From the NCBI RefSeq assembly GCF_001194135.2, contig NC_068985.1, forward strand, positions 21,675,237-21,708,068: a stretch of DNA of 32,832 nt, written 5' to 3'. Under the pieces are notes generated by a model. It was given only the letters and a program-made list of their open reading frames with translations. It made no database searches and had not been told where the DNA came from. Of the stretch, positions 10,682-20,334 are shown one piece after another. The DNA comes from Octopus bimaculoides (lineage: Eukaryota). Position 1 is the stretch's first letter. Each line of letters starts with the position of its first letter. Made by a program: the position numbers and the translations under genes.

Positions 10682-13561
10682 GGTTAACGTCCATTTTCCA
10701 TGCTGACATAGGTTGGATGGTTTGACTAAGGTCTGGAGAGCCAGCGGCTGCACCACGCTCCAGTCTACTCTGGCAGAGTTTCTACAGCTGGATGCCCTTC
10801 CTAATGTCAACCACTCTGAGAGTGTAATGGGCGCTGTTTATGTGCTGGTGGCACTGGAGCCAGTAAGGCGGGCCTGGCAATGAACGTGTACAGATGGTGC
10901 TTTTTAAGTGCCACCAGCACAGGAGCCAGTCAGTGGAGTACTGACATCGGTCACGATTGGTTGGTGTTTTTCACGTTCCACCAGCGCAGTAGCCAGTCAG
11001 GTGGCTCTGGCTTTGACCACATTCGGATGGTGCCTTTGACATGCCATCGGCATGGGAGCCAGCCAGAGGGCACTGGCCCCAGTTATGATATTGGTTTTTC
11101 TTGACTCAACAGGTCTTCTCAAGCATATCATATTGCCCAACGCATCAGGATTATTTTTGACAGGGTAGGACGTGATTGGCTGCTATCTCACTTTAGTTGT
11201 TGGGTCTTCTCAATCACAGCAGATCTCCAAAGGTCCCGGTCTCCTGTCATTGCCTCTGTGAGGCCCAATGTTCGAAGGTCATGCTTCACCACCTCATCCC
11301 ATGTCTTCCTGGGTCTGCCTCTTCCACAGGTTCCTTCTACAGTTAGGGAGTGGCACTTCCTCACACAGCTGTCTTCATTCATACATGACCATACCAGCAC
11401 AGTTGTCTCTCTTGCACACCACATTTGATGCTTCTTATGTCCAAGTTTTCTCTCAGGGCACTTACACTCTGTTGTGTATGCACACTGACATTATACATCC
11501 AGCAGATCTTACTAACTTCATTTCTTTCAAGCCTACGCATGTCATCAGCAGGCATGGCCCATGTTTCACTGCTGTAAAGCATGGCAGTTCGCACACATGC
11601 ATTGTACAATCTACCTTTCACTCTGAGCAAGAGGCCTTTTGTTGTCAGTAGGGGTAGAAGCTTTCTGAACTTTGCCCAGGCTATTCTTATTCTGGTTGTA
11701 ACACTCTGAGCAGCTACCCCCACTACAGACTTGCTTGAAAAATTTCTCTTATATCCAGTTAAAAGGAATCAATATTATTTGAATTTTAGTATCATCATCA
11801 TTGTTTTAATGCCCATTTTTCCATGCCTGCATGAGTTGGATGGAGTTTATTGAGTCAGATTTTCTATGGCCAGATGCTCTTCTTGCTGCTAAACTTTACT
11901 TGATTTCCAGCAAGCTAATATTTCCCCAAGGTCAGACGTGTTTTCACAGAATATTGGAAATGGATGATATTGCTTGTATGACAGGGACATCAACTTACAC
12001 CTATCAATGTCGTGTCAAGACAAGGAGACAAACAATCATAGACATCTGACCCTGTATGTATGTATGTGTGTGTATACTCTTTTACTCTTTTACTTGTTTC
12101 AGTCATTTGACTGTGGCCATGCTGGGGCACCGTATATTTATATATTTGTCATTGCCTCTGTGAAATCACAAATTACGAACTCACAAGACAAGATTGACAA
12201 TATCATTGATCATTGACAAAAACAAACAAGGTTGAATCACGGGATTTGGTGGTCTCGATGCTGGAGGTAGTGGGGATTTATTTCCCTGCTAGCGATATAA
12301 ACAAGAGTGCATTTTGCACTGAAAGGCCAATATGAAAGTTACTCTCACAGCAACTACCACAGTGAAGTTTGTTCAACAGAACATCCATGTTTAAGTGGGG
12401 ATAAATATTACCTCTCGGTATTAATACTGTCTCTGTCACTAATATGTATTGGATGGTGCATAGATTCCCGCTCATTTTAAACTTCTGTTGCAGCCTCTGT
12501 CTCCGTGATATGGTCCCTGAGGAGCCTATGCACATGACATTTAAACCGACACCAGTTGGCTTGAAAGATGTTGTGATGAATTTTGGTAAAATCACTTCAA
12601 ATGGAATTTCTTTCTCAACATTTGCTGAGTCAGACACTTCACCAACCAGTTTATCAAAACAATCTGAAGATTATAGAAATGCTGAACATAATGTATCATA
12701 CAAAACAGTTGAACAAATAAAGCAGGCTTCAAACTCTGAGAAATCGGTGAGTTAATTCTTCAGAAATTATTTTAGTTTATTAGTTCATCATGACAAGAAT
12801 CATCATCACTTCATCATTTTATATCTGTTTTCCATGCTGCCAAGGTTGACTTTGCCTTTCATCCTTTCAGGGTTGATAAAATAAGTACCAGCTGAACACT
12901 GGGGTTGATGTAATTAACTTATTCCCTCCCCAAAAATTACTGGCCTTGTGCCAAAAATTTGAAACCATTATTATTATTATTATTGTTTTTGTTTTATAAA
13001 ACTAATGTCAAGCTTTTTCTTTGTAAATATTCCTCAGCTTGTAACCAGTGAATGGTTGGCCAAACCACAAAAGAAACATTCTTTGAGCAAGAGCAGCACA
13101 CCAATTAATTCTAAAGATATGTTTGCACCATTCAAGACATGTAGAACAGCTGACTGGTTGGCTAGCCCCAAATCCCTGTCTCCTACACAAAAGAGCAGTT
13201 CTGTTTGTCTTGCTGAATTACCTAAAAATACAAGTATTCAGAACTGGTTTCATCAAATAAAACAAAATCATGACTTTGAAGACGATGGCTTTGAAATTTT
13301 GGACACAGAAGAACTCAACAGTGGTAGGAATCATTTGCTTAATTAGAATTTTAAAGTTTACTTGCAGTTTTTCATTCTATTGCAGTCAATTAAATTTTAT
13401 TTTTCAAATTTGTGTAAGATAGACAGTGGAGTAAGGGTAGTACATTTAGCTTGTGTTGACCCACTGAGACTGGTGAGAGTGAAGTATTCAGAAGAATTGT
13501 GCCAACTGTTTAGTGTGTGCATTAATCAAATGACCCTCTTTTGGATGCAATCTAGGATATT

Positions 13562-13596
<35 letters not shown>

Positions 13597-15973
13597 CTTT
13601 GTAGATGATTGATCAGATTTGTATTATTTTCTGGCTCTAAAGAGAAATCATTGTCTTTACAATGCAGTTCTAGCAATGTTATATATGCAGGGTCTCGTGA
13701 GAGATCATCAGAGCAATCGTTGCAACTTTGGAGGTTTTGGGATGTTAGAATTACAGATGCCAATATAGTAATGTGCCAGCTCCAGCATTTGATCTTCGGA
13801 AGAGGAGAGGTTGGTAATAAGTCAAACTCACTATTTTCAAGTTGGTTCTTCTCCTCACCTATAGCCATGAATGTTGAGTAATGACCAAAAGAGTAGGATT
13901 GCAAATTCAGGTGACTGAAATCAAGTTCCTCCAGAGGATCTTTGGAGTAACATTACTTGACAAGCTGTGTAGCTTGGAGGTCAGGGAGTCTTTCCAAGTT
14001 GACCTACTGCTTGTTTAGTTTAAAAACCCTTATTTCATTTGGTGGGAATTCCAATCCAATCATGTTTTGAGGTTCACCACCTCAACAACTCCTTTATAGG
14101 ATCCAGTGGCTAAGGACATCATCAGGAGGAACCATGTCTGGTTTCGGCCCCTAGTCCTCTACCGTTTTTGACATGGCGGGGTCCCCCTTTCTGAGCTGTC
14201 TTCAGCTCTGGTGTTGAGTGTTTTTTTTTCTGTTTTCTTTGGTTTTTGTACTTTGGTTGCTTTGATGCAGTGTCAACGAATGTCAGCAAGTGAATGACCA
14301 CCCTAGAAAATTTTTTCCTTTAAATACTCACTGGTAGGTTCCAGCAGCCAGCGCTAGCTAACTGTCATGTGACACAGTGCTGAAATTTCAGGACAATTTT
14401 TTGACACATGCATGTGACAGTTTTCCTTATAATTTCTGTTCACCAATTTCACTCATGACAAGGTATCAACTATTGATTCTTATTTAATATTTAAAGATAG
14501 TTTTCTTTATTATTGAAATTATCAGTGTATTAAACATGTTGAGATTGAAATGTAATTTCAAGTGCAGTGAAATAGTTAAAAGGATAGATATCCAGTTTAA
14601 TGAATTAGGTATTGAAACTTAGGTACAAATTATTCATTACTCTCTAAAATGATTGTGTGATTTTCTTTTAGATGAAGATACCGATTCTATTGAGATTGTT
14701 TCAAGTAGCCCTGCATCTGTAAATAGTGAAATATTGAAGAATGCTATTGGATGCAAAAGAACCCCTGATATAGATAAGAGTGTTTGGTTGGCTGCTAAAC
14801 GAAAGCCTATGCCTCTTGGAAGGTCATCCAAAACTTTGCCAACATTTTCTTATTTTAAGAAAGTTGCAGCCCAAGATCCAAGTGTCTGGCTTGTTAAGGT
14901 AAGTTTCCTCATATATGCTAATATTTTCCTATAATGATTTTCATGACTGTCTTTTTTTTTTCTTCAATACCGGCATGGATGGAGAGGTCATTTTAGGATC
15001 TTTCTTATATATATCTTGACCATCTCATATGTGATTTCAATCTTTTCATATCTGTCTACTTGTGCAGTTGTCTCTACTATACATAGCAGTCAATGTTTTG
15101 TAACACTTTTACTCAATATAGAAAATTGTTTCTCAAGCTCTTTTCAATTGTTGTAGCTGTCATGTATTTTCTGTCCATATTTCAAAGCCATACAGCATCA
15201 TCATAATCATAAAACAAGATTCATTGTTTGCTCCTCAAAAAGAAAAAATGTTTGTTTCTAGTAGATGTAGTAATTCTTTAGAATTTTATCAACTGTTACT
15301 GATATACAGTTTAATATAATTGCATGTGCTAAATGTGTAGTCAAAACATGACATTTCTTTATATTTCTTTTTTTTTCAGAAAAAGTCTTTGAGTAGTAGT
15401 AATATGTCTACAAAACCAGTTACTTGCAGTGACCATGGACTCGCTAAAAATTGTGATATTGAAAACCTTGGTGATTCTTCTTGTGTTGAGAACCTAACAA
15501 AGAAGTTCAGAGAACTTTCACAAGTTTCTAAATGTCCTGATCCTAAACTTAGTACATTAAGCTTAAGCTCTGATCAGTTACCACCAGTTAGCTCAGTGTG
15601 CAAAGCTAATGAAGTTTGTGAGAAATATAGCGAGTGTGTTACTCAACCGAATTGTGGTGAAAGAAATTGGTTTGCAAAAGTGTTTACTGCTACTAATAAT
15701 ACGGAGGCCGTTAATCACATCAGCCAAATTCCTGTCTTCAAAGCAGATCCCCAGTTAGATCAATATGCTTGTAAGAAAGACCCTTTTCAGCCATTCCAGG
15801 CAACAGTTGATTATTCATTCTGGTTAAAGAAAGGGAAAGACAAGGAAAATATGCCCCAAAAATGTTCTAATTTGAAACGAGACAGTAACAGTTTTTCCAG
15901 TCTATATGATTGGTTAAGTCCAGAGAGTAAAAAAAACATCCAGGTCTTAAATGAAAATAAATTTAAATTCTAG
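8778..15973 (+). CDS. NCOA4: NCOA4/ARA70-like ferritinophagy receptor, complete spliced CDS join(8778..8882,10209..10423,12494..12746,13038..13323,14672..14898,15380..15973), 1680 nt, 559 aa
   Basis: All introns are GT-AG and phases chain (0,2,0,1,0) with no internal stop. Motifs match recalled NCOA4: LKSQIRSQMSRLLEALQNRE..LLNQVD (coiled coil), PEE..MTFKP..LKDVVMNFGKI, DIENLG, CKANEVCEKYSECVTQPNC, WLKKGKDKENMP. Confidence 0.9.
8953..10181 (-). mobile_element. Unclassified insertion, possible solo LTR; right boundary uncertain
   Basis: TGTCACGA start, 56-bp tandem duplication at 9334-9445, possible GTTT target duplication; no coding remnant. Confidence 0.35.
10209..10423 (+). CDS. NCOA4: NCOA4 coding exon 2 (coiled coil)
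   Basis: ttttccag acceptor, CTAAC branch point at 10176-10180, donor GTGAGT at 10424; LKSQIRSQMSRLLEALQNRELQLLNQVD. Confidence 0.92.
10627..11733 (-). mobile_element. 5'-truncated RTE LINE (RT C-terminus with frameshift, 3' UTR, (GAT)18 tail) in NCOA4 intron
   Basis: RIRIAWAKFRKLLPLL..SETW..RRLERNE..WYGHV and GRGRPRKTWDEVV are RTE ORF2 motifs. Confidence 0.93.
11790..12135 (-). mobile_element. SINE fragments in reverse (RTE-type tail 11790-12030; OR1-type tail 12070-12135)
   Basis: catcatcattgttttaatgccca..ggatgctc; tttcagtcatttgactgtggccatgctggggcacc. Confidence 0.65.
12494..12746 (+). CDS. NCOA4: NCOA4 coding exon 3 (end of ARA70 domain)
   Basis: cttctgttgcag acceptor, donor GTGAGT; LCLRDMVPEEPMHMTFKPTPVGLKDVVMNFGKITS. 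Confidence 0.92.
12838..12965 (+). mobile_element. Deu/Nin-like SINE fragment fused to a short RTE-tail piece (12810-12837)
   Basis: gccaaggttgactttgcctttcatcctttcagggttgataaaataagtacca. Confidence 0.7.
13038..13323 (+). CDS. NCOA4: NCOA4 coding exon 4
   Basis: ttcctcag acceptor; donor GTAGGA in phase 1 matches exon 5; open frame LVTSEWLAKP..DDGFEILD. Confidence 0.85.
13562..13596. repeat. (TG)n(AG)n compound microsatellite
   Basis: Direct reading. Confidence 0.9.
13650..14020 (+). mobile_element. Old RTE-clade LINE fragment of a different (Expander-like) family
   Basis: Decayed frame LTYSHEC*VMTKRVGLQIQVTEIKFLQRIFGVTLLDKLCSLEVRESFQVDLLL matches the RTE LTYGHE.W..QAAEMRFLR pattern. Confidence 0.7.
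14672..14898 (+). CDS. NCOA4: NCOA4 coding exon 5
   Basis: ttttcttttag acceptor, donor GTAAGT; DEDTDSIEIV..DPSVWLVK. Confidence 0.87.
15380..15973 (+). CDS. NCOA4: NCOA4 terminal coding exon (Cys motif, WLKK motif, stop TAG)
   Basis: T-rich acceptor ending cag at 15379; 197-aa open frame containing CKANEVCEKYSECVTQPNC and YSFWLKKGKDKENMP. Confidence 0.92.
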   Translation, partial: KKSLSSSNMSTKPVTCSDHGLAKNCDIENLGDSSCVENLTKKFRELSQVSKCPDPKLSTLSLSSDQLPPVSSVCKANEVCEKYSECVTQPNCGERNWFAKVFTATNNTEAVNHISQIPVFKADPQLDQYACKKDPFQPFQATVDYSFWLKKGKDKENMPQKCSNLKRDSNSFSSLYDWLSPESKKNIQVLNENKFKF

Positions 15974-16032
15974 CATATTAATAACTTGAGCAAGTTTGCT
16001 AATCTCTAGTAGAATTGGGAATTAAAAACAAA

Positions 16033-16038
16033 AATAAA
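16033..16038 (+). terminator. Candidate NCOA4 polyadenylation signal AATAAA (another at 16443-16448)
   Basis: First AATAAA after the stop; AT-rich context makes it ambiguous. Confidence 0.3.
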
Positions 16039-18140
16039 ACTATATAAACTAAGATATTATATTCATTAATTAGAAAGTTTAATTAATCACTATATTAGGT
16101 AGGACACATTTTTCTGTTGATAATATAGGATTTGTTTTTGTTAATCTTGTGTTTGTGTACAAATGTATTGGCATAAATACCTTCCAGTTGCAATGGTTTG
16201 TGTGTGTCTCTGTTACATAGATTTGAATATAAGTATATGTATGTGCTGTTTGTATATGTGAACGTGTGTACAATTGTATGTCACTTCTAGGTTGGTTTTA
16301 TATTGCCTTTTATGGAGATATTTTTTTTTTCTGTTTGGTGCTCATTTGAGGTCTGTAATTAATAGACTTAGTCTCTTTTTCCAAGAATATAAAGCCGGCT
16401 TAACTTTGTTCTTCCTAGTCTGTTGCTTCTATAAATGATTAGAATAAAACTGAACATGTATTTGGAACTAACTTCTAACATGTGACTCATAGATGCTTTA
16501 ATTCTCTTATAATAGCTTTAGCAATAGTGATATTGAACAAGTAGCAGACCACATTCTTATTTTGTAGTGCTTGATTCAAAATTAGGTGGGTTATGCTGAG
16601 AATAATTTTAACTTTACTTTTAGTTTCCACCAATATTTTTTTAAATTCATTTTTATTGATTTGCACATATCCCTAGAACTTGTCCAAGTTTTTTTTTTAC
16701 TGTGCTTAGGATATATTTCTTCTCTTAGGCAAAGAGTGCTAACAACTGATAATCTAGGTGTAGTCTTTATAATGGTGTTTTATTTTGTTCTATGTAAAAG
16801 AACAAATGATTTAAGCTCTTTGGACTTATCACCTGGATAGCAAGGGATACTATTGGGAGATCATTGCTATAGTCAATAGTTTTTTAAGGTAGTTAGAAAT
16901 GTTGAAATTTTATCAAAAATATTTTAGTTCACTTAAATAATACAATTACAATGAATATAGTAATAATGTAGATACAGATATTACCCCCTCCCTTATTACA
17001 AACTATTTTTCTAATCATAGTTGACTGGATCTATGTTTTGATGAAGATCATTACAAAATCGCCTTGAGTATTTTTCTGTGAATGATCATTCAAATTTCAT
17101 TTATTTTAATGATTGATGACTGTCAGACAGCAATATACTTTCCAAGGAAACTAAGGGAGTATTTTACAGCCTGGTTCTTAGATCTGCTTGCTTTAATCAT
17201 TTTTGTTTTATCGTCTCTGTTTGTCATTTTTGTGGTAGTTACCTGATTCATAATGGGATTTGAATCTCATTTGTTTATAAAAATGTTGAAATCTCACCAA
17301 GTACATATGCTTCAATATCAATGAATTTCAGGTGGCTGTGGAATATATTGGTCTCTTTACAATGTAATGACACCATTTATAGATAGCAATGGTGTACACC
17401 ACCATTTCTATCTATAAATGTATTTGTATCTCTGTGTATGTATATGTGCATGAGTGCCTATGTACATTGTCTTCTAAAATGACATACAATAATAGTTCTG
17501 TTATACATAGTTGAATGTGTGTGTACATGAAGGATTATTGGCTCATAAATACTTTGTACTTTGTCTCACATTCTAAAATCAAGTATTTATCTTTCTCAAT
17601 AGTCTAAAACTAATCATAGGTTTATTTTAAAAAATATGTTTTCCTTTTAGAATGATTTTACAAGCTATCAACTATAAGCATGTCACAGAAAAGATACACA
17701 CACACACACACACATACATACATATGCTTAAAATGTCATCTTCCATTTTGATGTATTGCATTTGTAACCAAGAAAATAAATATCTAGAATAAAATGATGT
17801 CTTTATTTTCTATATGTGAATCGCATAGTAATTCTGAGGTAAAAATACTAGACTGTTGACCAATTGGTCATTAGTTCCAGTCTTGTTAACAACAATTATT
17901 TCGTATTGTTTCTTTATTGTTGGATATATATGAACTTTACTAAGATTTCTGTTTGTTCAATAAAATAAGGTCTCTTATTAGAAGGAATGATGAGTCAAAT
18001 TTGATTGGCAGTAGCTTTCAGATTTGTACTTGTACCAAGATCCTCATTACAAGATTTGCTGGTTTATCTAGATGAACCTAAAGCTTCAATGGCTACTACT
18101 TACATCTGTCACAGGCTAGATCAAACTCTGTATTCTAGAA

Positions 18141-18510
18141 CATCATCATTGGTTTAACATCCATCTTTCCATGCTTACTTGGGTTGAATTGAGTTTGAGG
18201 CAGATTTTCTACAGCTGGATGCCCTTCCTGTTGCCAATCCTCACCTGTTTTCGAGCAAAGCAATATTTCCATAAGGCCAGATATGTTTATGCAGACTATT
18301 GAAGATGAATTACATTGCTTGTATGAGAGTGACACTCATATATACATACATGATGGGTTACTTTCAGTTTCCATCTACCATATCTACTCACAAGGCATTG
18401 GTTGGCTTGAGGCTATTGTAGAAGACACTTGCTCAAAGTACCATGCAGTGGAACTGAACCTGAAACCTTGTGGTTGGAAAGTAAACTTTTTAACCATACA
18501 GCCATGTCTG
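18141..18510 (-). mobile_element. SINE with OR1-type head and RTE-type (GAT)n tail
   Basis: Reverse counterpart of 21517-21905. Confidence 0.75.
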
Positions 18511-18729
18511 GTTAAATCATTCATACTAGTTTCATAGTATAATCATGTTGATAATACAATACCCAACTAGAAATACATGTCTCTGTACCTAATGCAAACA
18601 GGTGATGAACTAGAATTTTACCAATATTGGATTGATCTGATCCAAATTAATGCGTGCTTTCACATTGACCAGGTACATTTAGATTAAATATAACTTAATT
18701 GCATTAAGAATGAGCAAATTATTAATTTC

Positions 18730-19060
18730 TGTCTAAAAATAAGATTAAGCTTTTCAGCCCTAAGCCCCTGTCTCTAACTGGTACTTAATTTATCGATCCC
18801 AAAAGGATGAAAGGCAAAGTCGACCTAGGCGGAATTTGAACTCAGAACATAAAGACGACGAAATACTGCTAAGCATTTTGCCCAGCATACTAACGTTTCT
18901 TATTTCTTTACTGCCCACAAGGGGCTACACACAGAGAGGACAGATAAATGGATTAAGTCGATTATATCGACCCTGAAAGAATGAAAGGCGAAGTCGACCT
19001 CGGCAGAATTTGAACTCAGAACATAACGGCAGACGAAATACCGCTAAGCATTTCGCCCCT
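18730..19060 (-). mobile_element. Two tandem or nested Deu/Nin-like SINE copies
   Basis: aaaggatgaaaggcaaagtcgacctaggcggaatttgaactcagaac occurs twice (about 18800 and 18975). Confidence 0.8.
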
Positions 19061-19614
19061 TTACACAGCTCAAGAATAATGATTGCAGGCAAAAGAATCC
19101 AAGAGAATAACAATAATAAACCTCGCTCTCAACTACTGTATTTCACCCGAAGTGCTACTTTCTTCATCACTTTCACCAGTTTGATTGTCTGAATTACTCT
19201 CATTGTCTGTGTAAAGGTAAACTCTTTGTCCAAAGATTAAATATTATCAGTAAGTTCTTCAATTGTAGTCTAGGTCTTGCTCGCTTACCTAGTGAAGTGC
19301 TGAGTTCATCAAAAGATCTGTAATGTGTATGTTCAGCATTGGTCAGTTGAAAAGGACCAATTCTCTACAGTGTCTCTCAAATGAAATAGATTATGAAATT
19401 CTACTTTACACAGCATATGTGACTAATGTTTTATCTAGAAGCTCAATAATTTCCTGTAAAACAAGGCCGACAATAATCAAGTAAGCAACTTAAAATACCT
19501 TCAAAGAATTCCACCAGTTTCAAAACTCGACAATTTAACACAACTGGAATAGTTTGACTTGTTTCTTGTTTGGAAAAATGCCTAGAATTTACAAATTATT
19601 ATTTTAATTAATAC

Positions 19615-19815
19615 CTTTCTATTACGCACAAAGCCTAAAATTTTAGTCAATTACATCAACTCTAGTGCTTAACTGGTACTTATTTTATCAATCCTGAAAG
19701 GATGAAAGACAAAAATCAACCTCAGTGATATTTGAACTCAGAACATAAAGACAGACAAAACGCCACTAACCATTTTGTCCGGTGTGCTAATGATTTTGCC
19801 AACATGTCGCCTCAA
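19615..19815 (-). mobile_element. Deu/Nin-like SINE
   Basis: ctggtacttattttatc..gaaaggatgaaag..tttgaactcagaac. Confidence 0.7.
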
Positions 19816-20065
19816 TTATTATTTTAATAAAATAAAATTTAAACTGAGCAGATTAAAAACCGCCATTATTTCTGTATCAACCTCGTAATTTCTTCATAAA
19901 AGTTCTTAGTTGTTATTTGATTGAAAGAAGAATTAAGAGCAAAACTGAGTCAGCATATATTTTTCATTTTACTAACAATTCAAATTACAACATTTACATA
20001 AGCTTCATTTTTATACAGATGTAATGAATACAAAGATTATTTTCCCAAATTCATTCCACTTTTTC

Positions 20066-20071
20066 TTTATT
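20066..20071 (-). terminator. Candidate PEX1 polyadenylation signal AATAAA
   Basis: tttatt on +, about 190 nt past the stop codon. Confidence 0.4.
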
Positions 20072-20258
20072 AGTTCATTTTGATGTTGAGAACCAATTAG
20101 AATTTCTTTCAGAATGAATTTAGATTGGAAAAGTTAACAACATAAAGAACACTATGGTGTGTTCTTTCATAGAATATTTCAATAAATAAATAAAAAATTA
20201 ATAATGAAATTTTCTTAATAAAATCCAATGATTTTTTTTCCTTTTTTTTCATTATAGT

Positions 20259-20334
20259 TTATGCCATCATATATTCTTGTTTGAATGTTGGGGCAATTGG
20301 ATTGAAGTCTCTTCTCTTTGAAAATGAGTTATAT
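20259..20334 (-). CDS. PEX1: PEX1 terminal exon ([25 protein letters not shown])
   Basis: Long polypyrimidine tract plus AG; phase 2 matches; YNSF aligns with the conserved YExF; AATAAA about 190 nt downstream. Confidence 0.82.

Noticed and set aside
10619-10810. ORF with a poly-Asp run
   Set aside because: Translation of the (GAT)n LINE tail.
12278-12637. 119-aa minus-strand ORF
   Set aside because: Antisense shadow of NCOA4 exon 3; no independent motifs or splice support.
18005-18140. Frame reading LVYLDEP..TTYICHRLDQ (ABC Walker B/H-loop-like); opposite strand EFDLACDR (SLC22-like)
   Set aside because: Motif spacing is far too short and there are no supporting exons; consistent with chance.
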